DNA of 57,437 nt from the IMG/VR virus record IMGVR_UViG_3300050033_000419, positions 1 to 57,437 of that record. The stretch is one strand, 5' to 3'. The stretch is from a virus (lineage: Duplodnaviria > Caudoviricetes). Below are positions 8,522 to 17,154 of this stretch, piece after piece. The translations under genes were made by a program, and so were the position numbers. Positions within the stretch are counted from its first letter, which is position 1. Every line of letters begins with the position of its first letter. The notes beneath the pieces were generated by a model, which saw nothing but the letters and a program-made list of their open reading frames with translations, had not been told where the DNA came from and searched no databases.

Positions 8522-9802
8522 CTAGCTCGCAGCCTGGACCAGAACCGCGATCGGGTGCGTGCCGGCATCGAGCAACTGCGCGTCTGCCCGGAGGAAGGCC
8601 TGGTAGCCAACCTGCAGGTAGTCGGCATAGCGCTCGTTGAGGCGCATGACGGTGGTATCGCCCGCAACGCGGCGCACCTTGTACTTGCTCATGTCACCGA
8701 ACAGCATGAAGTTGTTGCCGACGAGCGGTGATCCATTGCGACCAATCTGCGGCATGTCATTGTTGATGACATACGAGTAGCCGTTGATCGTGTTGGGATC
8801 GCTTGCCGCCAAGCCAGGCAGCCACAGGTAACGACCGTAGCTGTCCTTCAACTTCTTGATCGCCTTCAGCGTGGAGTCGTGGAACATGTACTTCGCGCTG
8901 GGACGATAGGCCGGATCGACGGTGTGCTCGAGGTTGAGCAGGTCATCGCCGATGATGGTGGTGGTCTGGCCGGAAGCGGTGGCGACGGTGAGGCCCGCTG
9001 AGACTGCGGCGGTCACGATGCCAGAAGGCTCGCTGCTGCCACTGCCCACGGTGAACTTGTTGTTAAACAAGCGGCCGAGGCGGATGCCCAACAGCTTCGC
9101 AACTTCCGTGTCCAGATTGAAATAGGCGTCGCGAATCAACTGGATCGGAATCAGGATCGAGTCGGAGCAGAAGGTGAAGGCGCCGAACATAACCTGTCCG
9201 AAGGTCATATCGGTTTCGGTCAGCTGGGTGTTGATGCCGAGAATGCGTCCCATATTCGCGGTATCGTTGATCGTCGGCCAGGGCAGCGGATTGCCAGTCT
9301 CAGTTTCGAAGCTGCCAACCACACCGTCAACCCCACCGAACCACTTCATGGCCACTTCCAACTGGCCGCTGAAGCCCTGGGGGATGGTGTAGCCACCACC
9401 GGTGGTCGTTTCCGTCTGTGCAGCGCGGATCGAGCGACCATCCGCAGAGCGGTAGTTGCCTTCGATGAGCTGCTGCTCTTCAGTGGTCAGCCCGCCGACG
9501 TTGCGCCGCAGATATTTCGAGAACACCTTCTCGTATTTGGCGGCGAATTCCTTCTTCTGCTTTTCCTGATCTTCCTCGCTCACGGCGCCGCCGATGTTGA
9601 CCATCGGAGGCGGCTGGGTGTCGGCGAAAGCGGCCTGCGCCTTCTCCGCGGCTTCCACCGTGCGGAGACGCGCGATGTCGGCGTCCAGCTTCTCGACTTC
9701 TGCATTGATCTCGTCGAATTTGGCAGTGTCGCCTTTTTCGAGGTAGGAGCGCATTTCGGCGGTCGCCCGTGCCCGCTTTTCTACCAATTCTTTCAATTTC
9801 AT
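8522..9802 (-). CDS. Major capsid protein, HK97 fold with N-terminal delta (scaffold) domain
   Basis: GGYTIP, KKLKDSYGRYLWLP, LFGDMSKY, ERYADYLQVGYQAFLRAD. Confidence 0.95.
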   Translation of the reverse strand: MKLKELVEKRARATAEMRSYLEKGDTAKFDEINAEVEKLDADIARLRTVEAAEKAQAAFADTQPPPMVNIGGAVSEEDQEKQKKEFAAKYEKVFSKYLRRNVGGLTTEEQQLIEGNYRSADGRSIRAAQTETTTGGGYTIPQGFSGQLEVAMKWFGGVDGVVGSFETETGNPLPWPTINDTANMGRILGINTQLTETDMTFGQVMFGAFTFCSDSILIPIQLIRDAYFNLDTEVAKLLGIRLGRLFNNKFTVGSGSSEPSGIVTAAVSAGLTVATASGQTTTIIGDDLLNLEHTVDPAYRPSAKYMFHDSTLKAIKKLKDSYGRYLWLPGLAASDPNTINGYSYVINNDMPQIGRNGSPLVGNNFMLFGDMSKYKVRRVAGDTTVMRLNERYADYLQVGYQAFLRADAQLLDAGTHPIAVLVQAAS

Positions 9803-9901
9803 TGTCTTTTTCCTTTTGGTCGATTTGTGGTGCGTGCTGCCGCGGCACCGCGTCGGGCGAGGCCGTCCAAATCCCGCGTCCGGCGGAATCTGGTTCCAAT
9901 A

Positions 9902-9930
9902 GAAAGGGCACCCGGTTTCGGGTGCCCTTC
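9902..9930 (-). terminator. Terminator-like hairpin between protease and capsid genes
   Basis: AAGGGCACCCG-AAAC-CGGGTGCCCTT-TCT. Confidence 0.6.
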
Positions 9931-9952
9931 TCTGAACTTGTTGGGAAATCTG

Positions 9953-11308
9953 TTACGCGACTGGCTGCGTCAGCTCCTTCAGCCGAAGAGTGCGCTCGCG
10001 GATGGCGCTCGATTGTGCGTCGTCGCCTTCGGAGAGTTCTTTGTGGGCGCCGTTGACCGCTTCTTTCACTTTTACGGTCACGTCTTCGCTGTCGGCGATG
10101 ACGGCTTTCAGCGATTCCGAGGTGTAGTCATCCGCAGCCGTCGAGAGCGTGTCGGCAAAGGCCTCGCAGGCAGAGGCGGCGGAGTTCAGTGCAGCCACAA
10201 TCGCGGAATCGTCGTCACCATCATCATCGGGATCGACAGCGGCAGATTGAATGCCGCTCTTTGCCTGACTGGTGGCATCCTTGCTGATCTCGATGTCGTA
10301 CTGCTTCGCGGCGGCCTTGATGCGGTCCCAGGCCTTGTCCTTCTCCGCCTTGTCCGACATGTCCGTCTGGTCGAAGCGCGCGATCGCGTTGCGGATGTGG
10401 GTCTTGGTCTTTTCGTCAGTGGAGAACTTGATTGGCAGCTTCCACTCCGCCGTCTTCTTCGGGTCACCTTGATAGGCGAAGTCGCCAATGGTCAAGTCTT
10501 CGCCGTCAACGCGCTTGGTCTTCTTCTTGTCTGCGCTGGCTTGGGCCTCTTCGGCTTCATCACACTGGCAGCCGACGCAATCGCAGCCGTCGTGGCTGCA
10601 GCCGGCACAATCCCCGTGCGCACATTCCGAACATGGGCATTGGCAGGCGGTGCTGGACGCCTTCAGAGAGTCAGGAACATGCTGGAACATCTTCGCCAGA
10701 TTGAATTGCGAGACCAGCGCCGAAGCTTCCTTCGACTTCTCGGGAGTGGTCGACATGACCGAATCCGCAAAGCCTTTTTCGACGGCATCCTGCGGCGAGA
10801 GCCAGGTCTCGGCACTCATCAGAGCTTCTACGTCGCCGGCTGCGAGCCCTGAACGCTTGCTGTACACGTCGCGCATGGAGCCGCTGACCTTGTCGAGCGT
10901 ATCGGCCATGGAGCGCATGTCGGCAGCGTCGCCCATCGCGATGGACCAGGCGTTATGCAGCATCATCATGGCGCCGTCGCAGACCTGAATCGTGTCGCCG
11001 GCCATGGCAATTGTGAAGGCCGCCGAGGCCGCTAGACCTTCGACGATCACATTCACGGGAACCTTCTGTTGGCGCAGCACGTTATGAATCGCCACACCAT
11101 CAAAGGCCGAACCGCCGGGGCTGTTGAGGTGCACAGCGATGCTGTCAAAGCCGCCGTCTGCCTTGGCGGCCTTAATGGAGTCGGTGACGCTCTGCGGCGT
11201 GATGCCTTCGCCAAACCAGTCTTCGCCGATCTCGCTGTAAATGAACAGTTCGAGGACGCTGGCCTGCTTCTTTGCCGCGAACATCCGCTTGATTGCGTGT
11301 TGCTTCAT
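9953..11308 (-). CDS. ClpP-type head maturation protease with Cys-rich and DUF6582-like C-terminal extension
   Basis: LNSPGGSAFDG, GLAASAA, MMLHNAW, ETWLSPQDAVEKGFAD; later FAY...KLPI...HIRNAIARFDQ. Confidence 0.9.
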   Translation of the reverse strand: MKQHAIKRMFAAKKQASVLELFIYSEIGEDWFGEGITPQSVTDSIKAAKADGGFDSIAVHLNSPGGSAFDGVAIHNVLRQQKVPVNVIVEGLAASAAFTIAMAGDTIQVCDGAMMMLHNAWSIAMGDAADMRSMADTLDKVSGSMRDVYSKRSGLAAGDVEALMSAETWLSPQDAVEKGFADSVMSTTPEKSKEASALVSQFNLAKMFQHVPDSLKASSTACQCPCSECAHGDCAGCSHDGCDCVGCQCDEAEEAQASADKKKTKRVDGEDLTIGDFAYQGDPKKTAEWKLPIKFSTDEKTKTHIRNAIARFDQTDMSDKAEKDKAWDRIKAAAKQYDIEISKDATSQAKSGIQSAAVDPDDDGDDDSAIVAALNSAASACEAFADTLSTAADDYTSESLKAVIADSEDVTVKVKEAVNGAHKELSEGDDAQSSAIRERTLRLKELTQPVA

Positions 11309-12963
11309 CGACTTCCCTCCAAAGCGACCTTGCTCAGCGAGGCGTAAGCCCCGTCGAGTTCTGCCTCTGTGATCATCGCTGCCTCTTCCTGCTTCCACCC
11401 TGCAGCCCGCTGCCAAATCTGTTCACTGCGCTCCCCTGCAGCCCGCGAAACAGGCTCCGCGATCTCATCCGCACCTACCGTGCAAAGGCTGGTGAGCTGG
11501 GCTGCAACTCCCATGGCGGGACGCCAAATGCGCGCCACCGTCTCTTGATCTCGCTTCGAACGACTGATCGTTCGGTTAACGGCGTCGCGGAACAGCGCGC
11601 GGCAGGCATTCTTGACCCGATCGCGACGCAACGCCGAATTTGTATCGCCTGGGGTGCCGTCACCGCCTCCCTGGTTGCTGCCAGAATCGTTGGGAGTGCC
11701 GTCGTCGCTTCCTGGCGCCGGTGCTGCTGGCGGAGGCTCGTCGACCATCTTCTGCATCATCTCCAATGGGAGCATGTTGACCTGCACGAACCGCAGATCG
11801 CCACCTTCGCCGGTCGGAATCGGATTCCAATTCTCCAGCTCTCCAATCATGTTCGGGCTAATTGCGCCGGTGTTGAAGAGCGTCGCGTAGCCTTCCATAC
11901 GGGTCTTGAAATCGCCGCGCAAGAGGCCTTCCATGGAGTGCTCGCAGAAATAATCAGTGCCGTCGAAAAGCTTGCGGTTAAGTTCCTGCTCCCACTTAAT
12001 AGCATCTGGACGCAGGCCGTACATCACGAACTCCAAGGCCTGCTGTTCAATGTTGTTATTGGTCGCGCGCGTCAAATCTTGGATCAAGTGCAGCGGCACG
12101 CCGAAGGCTCGGGCGATATCGCCAATAATTTGCGCCATCGCTTCAACGAACTGCGCCTCGTTGGGGGGCACCGAGATTGGCTTCCACTCCAACCCGTTCT
12201 CGAGCAATAGCGGCCGCAGAGCATTGGCACCGGTCGCCGCTGACTGTAAGGACTGCCGCAGGTTATTGCGGGCCTCGGAGTTCAGTTCACCGCCGGCATA
12301 GACAAACGCGCCGCTTGGCCGAACACCGTTACCGAAGAACTGCGCCCCAAATCGGTCCATGGCCAGGGCACGGCCAATGGTCTGTTTGCAGAGCTGAATC
12401 GGTGAGATGCCCACGAGCCCATCGAACGCCATGCCTGGCACGTGGATGATGTTTTGCGGAGCGATGTAACGCGGTGTGCCCTGCGGCGTCGCCGTGGTTA
12501 CATAGCGCAAGTTCCCATCGGTACGCTCTGGATGTGTGCGATCGGAGGGCAGCGGCCACAAGCCAGTAGCGCGGCCGGCGCGATCACGCTGGATCTCCAG
12601 ATAAAGATTGCCCCAAAGCTGACGCTGCGCCTCAGCGCCTTCCCGCATGGCCATGGAGGTCATCTGCGGGTTCGGCTCGTCGTGCAAGATCGGATACAGC
12701 CGGTGGTCGGTAACGCGCCGCTTGCCTTTTGCCGTCCGCTCGTACACGCAAAGCGGGAGCGACGCCAGCCCTTGTGACTTCACCCGCACGCATGCCAACA
12801 CGGTCGGCTGACGCATCGCGGTCTTTTCATTGACCATCATGCCGCTGTCAGTAATCGTCATACCAAGCATGTCCATTAACACGCTGTATGGCTGAAGCGG
12901 TTGTGCCGGATCCTCCATCGTCAACGCACGAACATTCTTGGCCAGCGAAGAAATCAGGCTCAC
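11305..12963 (-). CDS. Portal protein, HK97 family
   Basis: EPNPQMTS, LWGNLY, FDGLVGISPI, FFGNGVRPSG, LLRGDFKTR. Confidence 0.95.
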   Translation of the reverse strand: MSLISSLAKNVRALTMEDPAQPLQPYSVLMDMLGMTITDSGMMVNEKTAMRQPTVLACVRVKSQGLASLPLCVYERTAKGKRRVTDHRLYPILHDEPNPQMTSMAMREGAEAQRQLWGNLYLEIQRDRAGRATGLWPLPSDRTHPERTDGNLRYVTTATPQGTPRYIAPQNIIHVPGMAFDGLVGISPIQLCKQTIGRALAMDRFGAQFFGNGVRPSGAFVYAGGELNSEARNNLRQSLQSAATGANALRPLLLENGLEWKPISVPPNEAQFVEAMAQIIGDIARAFGVPLHLIQDLTRATNNNIEQQALEFVMYGLRPDAIKWEQELNRKLFDGTDYFCEHSMEGLLRGDFKTRMEGYATLFNTGAISPNMIGELENWNPIPTGEGGDLRFVQVNMLPLEMMQKMVDEPPPAAPAPGSDDGTPNDSGSNQGGGDGTPGDTNSALRRDRVKNACRALFRDAVNRTISRSKRDQETVARIWRPAMGVAAQLTSLCTVGADEIAEPVSRAAGERSEQIWQRAAGWKQEEAAMITEAELDGAYASLSKVALEGSR

Positions 12964-13148
12964 GGTTTACCCGCCTTCTTTTTGGCGCCGGCCTTGGCGC
13001 TGGCCGCTTCGTCGCGGGCGGTGGCCACTGCCCCGAGAACGAGGACGATGCCCAACACGATCACGCCAGCTGCGATGTTGAGCATGCTGACGCCGGCGAC
13101 CACGGCAAGAGCGCCGAAGACCGCCAGGATGTTGCTGGGATTTTTCAT
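12960..13148 (-). CDS. Small membrane protein between terminase and portal
   Basis: Two hydrophobic segments; overlaps both neighbours. Confidence 0.65.
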   Translation of the reverse strand: MKNPSNILAVFGALAVVAGVSMLNIAAGVIVLGIVLVLGAVATARDEAASAKAGAKKKAGKP

Positions 13149-14959
13149 AGAACGGAAATCCTCGGCGTGCCCTTTGGTGCAGCGGTTACAGACGCCCGTA
13201 AAACCGCCATTAGCAACGCAGTTACAGGGTCGATCTTATTTTCCTGACGTTCCTTCGTCGGGAAGATGTTGCCTTTGCGGTCCCTGCGGCATACCACGTT
13301 GCTCATCGCCCACGCCAGCACTGGATCGCCGTCATGGTGGATCCGCACAGATGCAATTGCCGCCTCTAATTCCTTCATGGCTGCGGACATGTTGCGAACA
13401 TTCTGGTCAATGACGACCGGAACGACGTTTCGGTTCCAATCCTCGCGGGCCTGCGCGAATTGCATCAGCGGTGCCGCGTGATAGGGATCGTGTGGTACCT
13501 CGAGAACTACAAACCGGTCGGCGTCGGCAACCAGATCGTCGGTGATCCAAACATAGTCGGTCTCGTTCCCGGGCGTCTCGATGAGCTGGCCGGCATTCGA
13601 CCAGGCGGCATAGTGCGTACCATGCGCTTCCTGCACCTTCGATTCGTTCAGGTAATGCGAGCCGAACACGTAGTAGTGCCGCGTGGCAACGATCGTTTGG
13701 CCGTCTTTCTCTGATAAGCCTTCAAGGTCGCGACGGAAAACGATGATCTTGCTCGCGAGATCGACTTTGCTCGCGAGATCGAGGCCGATGAAACACTCCT
13801 GTTTCTCAAAATCCCCCAATTTCAACTTTGGGTCACAGCACGCATCCCATGCGGCTTGCGTGATCCAGCGCTCGTCCGCGTTCACCCAGATGTTCAGGTG
13901 CTTCGTCTTGAACGAGTTCTCTTTGCGCGGGTTCCGAATGGCCTCGCGATGATCTGCAGTGAGGATCTCCGGGTCCACCGAGACGCCCCAGTTCGGGTTC
14001 GCCTTGATCAGCGATTCAAGCTTGGTCCAGTCTTCACCCTCGTCGATCGTGTAGATGATGCCGAACCAGTTCTCGTTTTCGACCGTCCCCTCGAGGACCT
14101 TCTCTAAATCTTTTTGCAGCGCATAGCACGGGCCGCTGCGGTCGGTGCCGGCAGTGGTGATGACCAAGAGGATGGGGTTTTCGCGACCCACCATACCGGT
14201 CTTCATCGTGTCGTATAGCGTTGCGTCCGGGTGCTCGTGATACTCGTCAATCAGCGCGCACGACGGAGCAGCGCCGTCGCCAGGCTTTCCAATCACCGGC
14301 TCGAAGCGGCTGGAATCACCGATCACCGCCATCTGCTTGGCGCCAACCGTGATGCCAAAACGCTTCGCCATGTCAGGCGTCTGCAGAACCATTTGGCGCG
14401 CTGGGCGGAAGACCTCCCATGCTTGCTTTTCTGTTGATGCGCCGCTATAGACCTCGGCGCCAAACTCGCCGTCCGCCAAGAACATGTAGTCGCCGATCGC
14501 GGCGGCGAGCGGGCTCTTGCCATTCTTGCGGGGCACGATGACCGTTGCTTCGCGGAAACGACGACGTCCGGACTTCTTGCTGATCCATCCGTAAATACTA
14601 CATACAACGAAACACTGCCAGCCCTCGAGCGTGATCTTCAACCGGGCCGCGGCCCATTTGTTCTTGGTGTGCGGCATCAGCTCGATGAAGCGGCAGACCT
14701 TCTCGGCCCTGGCAGCATCGAAGCGAAAGAAGAACTCCTTGGTCTTGCTTCGGCGCAAATCTCTCAGGTGGCGCTCGCACGCCAGGTGCACCCACTTGCA
14801 CGCCACAATCTTGCCGGCGACGATATCGCGCGCATATTTGTTCGCACGCTGAACGTGCGGCGAGCCGCTAGTTAGGCTTGTTGCCGATGATCGTCGCTTT
14901 GCCTTTCGCGCCGGCGCCGGACGACCTGAACTCGCTGAACGGGTCTTTTTCGTCGCCAC
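13145..14959 (-). CDS. terL: Terminase large subunit
   Basis: Walker A VPRKNGKS, ALIDEYHEH, ITTAG, GLDLAS, NKIDPVTA; exact start uncertain. Confidence 0.95.
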   Translation of the reverse strand: MATKKTRSASSGRPAPARKAKRRSSATSLTSGSPHVQRANKYARDIVAGKIVACKWVHLACERHLRDLRRSKTKEFFFRFDAARAEKVCRFIELMPHTKNKWAAARLKITLEGWQCFVVCSIYGWISKKSGRRRFREATVIVPRKNGKSPLAAAIGDYMFLADGEFGAEVYSGASTEKQAWEVFRPARQMVLQTPDMAKRFGITVGAKQMAVIGDSSRFEPVIGKPGDGAAPSCALIDEYHEHPDATLYDTMKTGMVGRENPILLVITTAGTDRSGPCYALQKDLEKVLEGTVENENWFGIIYTIDEGEDWTKLESLIKANPNWGVSVDPEILTADHREAIRNPRKENSFKTKHLNIWVNADERWITQAAWDACCDPKLKLGDFEKQECFIGLDLASKVDLASKIIVFRRDLEGLSEKDGQTIVATRHYYVFGSHYLNESKVQEAHGTHYAAWSNAGQLIETPGNETDYVWITDDLVADADRFVVLEVPHDPYHAAPLMQFAQAREDWNRNVVPVVIDQNVRNMSAAMKELEAAIASVRIHHDGDPVLAWAMSNVVCRRDRKGNIFPTKERQENKIDPVTALLMAVLRASVTAAPKGTPRISVL

Positions 14960-15326
14960 GCTCTGGAACTCCTACCTTCGATCGATCCGCCGGGGTCATG
15001 CCCATCCGACTGAGAAGGCCATTCATCTGCGCCACTTCGCCAACACTCGCACCAAACTTGCCGCCGATGCCGCCCTTGGGATCACGGACCTTTGCCATGA
15101 TGCGGACGGCGATCTCAACGGCCCACCGGTCGGAATTCATCAGCACGCCTGGCGGGATGATCGACGCGAGGTCGAGCCAAGCCGCCTTTTCGCCTTTACT
15201 GAGGAACTTCGGAGGATCTCCCAGGGGCCCGGTCGGAATGGGCTCGTTCTTGCGCTTCCGCTCCGGGTGTTTCTTATAGGAACCCTTTAACTGGAGGATG
15301 GCCGTCGCTGTTCTTGGTCGCGCCAT
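14868..15326 (-). CDS. terS: Terminase small subunit (P27-like)
   Basis: MARPRTATAILQLKG...PPKFLS...MGMTPADRSKV. Confidence 0.88.
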   Translation of the reverse strand: MARPRTATAILQLKGSYKKHPERKRKNEPIPTGPLGDPPKFLSKGEKAAWLDLASIIPPGVLMNSDRWAVEIAVRIMAKVRDPKGGIGGKFGASVGEVAQMNGLLSRMGMTPADRSKVGVPERGDEKDPFSEFRSSGAGAKGKATIIGNKPN

Positions 15327-15329
15327 GCT

Positions 15330-15465
15330 CGTTTTCTCCCGAAAACCATCTCCAGAACCAAATATTCCAAAACTTGTATTTTGGAGAATTGAAAATCTTG
15401 GGCGGCGCTTGGTCGCGGCGCTGACGCGCCAGAGGATTTAGACCCCCATCCCCCCTACATACGTC
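15330..15465. other. Probable cos/packaging region
   Basis: Non-coding interval between packaging HNH and terS, the cos position in HK97-like phages; cut site not resolvable. Confidence 0.45.
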
Positions 15466-15820
15466 ACACCCGGCCGCCTTGGCCACGCTTGCTGCTATGG
15501 TGCGACTTGCACAATGCCTGCATGTTGGCTGGGTCGAACTTGTCGCCGCCGTCGCTCAGCCTGATGATGTGGTGCACTTCGTTGGCTGGCTGATCACAGC
15601 CCTTACTGGCTTCGCACATCGAGTGTCTGTTCAGGTACCACTCTCGATGCCTTCGCCATTCCCAGTCGTAGCCGCGCTCGGCCGAGCTTCCCCGGCTGGC
15701 GTCGTACTGCTTCCGTTGGACGGTTACCACGTTGATCTTGGTGTGACCTGGGCAATAACGACCATCGGCCAGCTCGCCGCATCCTGGCTGGCTACATGGT
15801 TTCCTTGCAGCAGTGGGCAT
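15464..15820 (-). CDS. Packaging-associated HNH endonuclease (HK97 gp74-like)
   Basis: RGYDWEW, EVHHII...NMQALCKSHHS; immediately upstream of terS. Confidence 0.9.
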   Translation of the reverse strand: MPTAARKPCSQPGCGELADGRYCPGHTKINVVTVQRKQYDASRGSSAERGYDWEWRRHREWYLNRHSMCEASKGCDQPANEVHHIIRLSDGGDKFDPANMQALCKSHHSSKRGQGGRV

Positions 15821-16074
15821 TAACTGCCGCCGATCAATTTATTTCTCTGTACTGAACCTGCAATCGCATTCGCACGAAAAGGGCGCGCGAAGAACTTAAT
15901 GCGCAGCGCGGCTTCAACCTGGGCAACGCAGTCAGCGTGCAGTTCCTTGAACCGCTCAATAATGCTGAGCTTTCGTTCCGGGCAGATCCAGTCGCGGCGA
16001 TCCACAAACCTCTTCTTCGAGCACTGCGTGCACTTCAGCGACTGCTCACGATCATTGTGCTCGATGAGATTCAT
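15820..16074 (-). CDS. Hypothetical CxxC protein
   Basis: LKCTQC...HADC; stop abuts the HNH start. Confidence 0.55.
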   Translation of the reverse strand: MNLIEHNDREQSLKCTQCSKKRFVDRRDWICPERKLSIIERFKELHADCVAQVEAALRIKFFARPFRANAIAGSVQRNKLIGGS

Positions 16075-16220
16075 AGAAGGCGCGGATAAGCATTCGAGGC
16101 CGGTCTCTTCCGAGCTGCCTACGTAAAGGCGTCTGCTCATTATGGAAATGGAAACCGGCCACGAATACCAGCTCTGGCAATCTCCGCCGGCCTCCTTCGT
16201 GTGGATTAAGCAACACTCGT

Positions 16221-16361
16221 TCAGGCAGCAGACCCCATCAATGGCCCAGGGACGACCAGACAATCGATCACGATCTTGGTTTCCATTTCCTTGGCGATCA
16301 GGACGCGCGTCTCGCTCTCGCGCAGTATCCGATCAACCAGGGCCATCTGATCGTCGATCAA
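16221..16361 (-). CDS. Small hypothetical protein (46 aa)
   Basis: TTG overlaps the LuxR stop; MIDDQMALVDRILRESETRV...GSAA. Confidence 0.4.
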   Translation of the reverse strand: MIDDQMALVDRILRESETRVLIAKEMETKIVIDCLVVPGPLMGSAA

Positions 16362-16603
16362 TGTGCCGCTATGCATGTGAGCTCCTGCTTTTCGGCTGCG
16401 AATTTCTCTTCGAGAAGCATGACGACGGCGTGGAGCCGATTATTCGCGCCGAGCTTCTCAATCACATGGCTGACTATCACTTTTAGATAATCGGGGCCTA
16501 GGCCCACTTGCGCGGCGATTTCCTTGTACGTCAGCCCGGTCTTCAGCCAGCCAAGTAGACCTTGCTCACGTGGTGTCAGTAAATTCCAGAGTGGACGATT
16601 CAT
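16358..16603 (-). CDS. Stand-alone LuxR/GerE-type HTH protein
   Basis: LTPREQGLLGWLKTGLTYKEIAAQVG...EKLGANNR. Confidence 0.85.
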   Translation of the reverse strand: MNRPLWNLLTPREQGLLGWLKTGLTYKEIAAQVGLGPDYLKVIVSHVIEKLGANNRLHAVVMLLEEKFAAEKQELTCIAAH

Positions 16604-16604
16604 C

Positions 16605-16874
16605 TCAATTGCTCACCATGTTCTCGACCACGATCACGCCATCCCCGTAGATCTCGACATCAACGTTCTTCGACTGCCCGTGCGCTTCGCGAATCTCGCG
16701 CTCGACATCGGCGAAATGCTGCTCCGCCTCGAGCACCTGCTGGTGCGCTTCGAAGAGATTCGTCTTCTCCGCCCAGGTCATGTCCTCGTGGCGCTTGTTC
16801 TCGGCCCACTGGCCGGCAGCGAAAGACGATGCGATAAGTAGCATGAGACCGAGATATTTCATGTGGATTTTCAT
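16605..16874 (-). CDS. Hypothetical exported/membrane protein
   Basis: Signal-peptide-like MKYLGLMLLIASSFAAG. Confidence 0.6.
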   Translation of the reverse strand: MKIHMKYLGLMLLIASSFAAGQWAENKRHEDMTWAEKTNLFEAHQQVLEAEQHFADVEREIREAHGQSKNVDVEIYGDGVIVVENMVSN

Positions 16875-16877
16875 CGG

Positions 16878-16999
16878 AACGCTTTGGGCCGAGATGTCGC
16901 GATCTCGGCCCTGGCGTTTACGCGGCTACCGGTAATTCATAGTCGGCAGTTATACGGTTTTGCCTGCGAATCAATCGCGCGCAATACTCGCCGCTGCGC
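16878..16999 (-). ncRNA. Candidate tmRNA mRNA-like-domain mimic (pseudoknot, tag frame ADYELPVAA, hairpin)
   Basis: TATAACT GCC GAC TAT GAA TTA CCG GTA GCC GCG TAA; upstream H-type pairing; downstream 10-bp hairpin; no tRNA-like domain found. Confidence 0.35.
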
Positions 17000-17026
17000 T
17001 TCTGGCTTCCCCTGCTGGCAGGAGCT

Positions 17027-17137
17027 TTATGAAATGGAGCCACCGACAGGCATCGAACCTGCAACCGTGGCTTTACGGGAGCCCTGCTCTACCAATTGAG
17101 CTACGGTGGCGTTGGTTGTGTGCGTGTCTGTGTCCAT
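17027..17137 (-). CDS. Thr-rich leader peptide (36 aa) translated through tRNA-Thr
   Basis: GAGG SD (17143-17146), ATG GAC ACA GAC ACG CAC ACA ACC AAC, then the tRNA; MDTDTHTTNATVAQ... Confidence 0.6.
   Translation of the reverse strand: MDTDTHTTNATVAQLVEQGSRKATVAGSMPVGGSIS
17035..17110 (-). tRNA. tRNA-Thr(CGT), atypical (C33, G27-A43)
   Basis: GCCACCG/CGGTGGC acceptor, GCTC/GAGC D stem, loop CCCGTAA, TTCGA T loop, encoded CCA. Confidence 0.9.
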
Positions 17138-17154
17138 AATTTCCTCGTGAACCT

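Noticed and set aside
398-15279. Numerous plus-strand ORFs in the track
   Set aside because: They are antisense shadows of GC-rich structural genes, without SD or motifs.
16195-16224. Hammerhead-like core CUGAACGA-stem-GAAG
   Set aside because: It deviates from CUGANGA/GAAA and no stems I/III with a UH site could be built.
16878-17034. Complete or permuted tmRNA gene
   Set aside because: No Ala acceptor stem (G3-U70), D-loop motif or T-arm/CCA end was found; kept only as a tag-like module.
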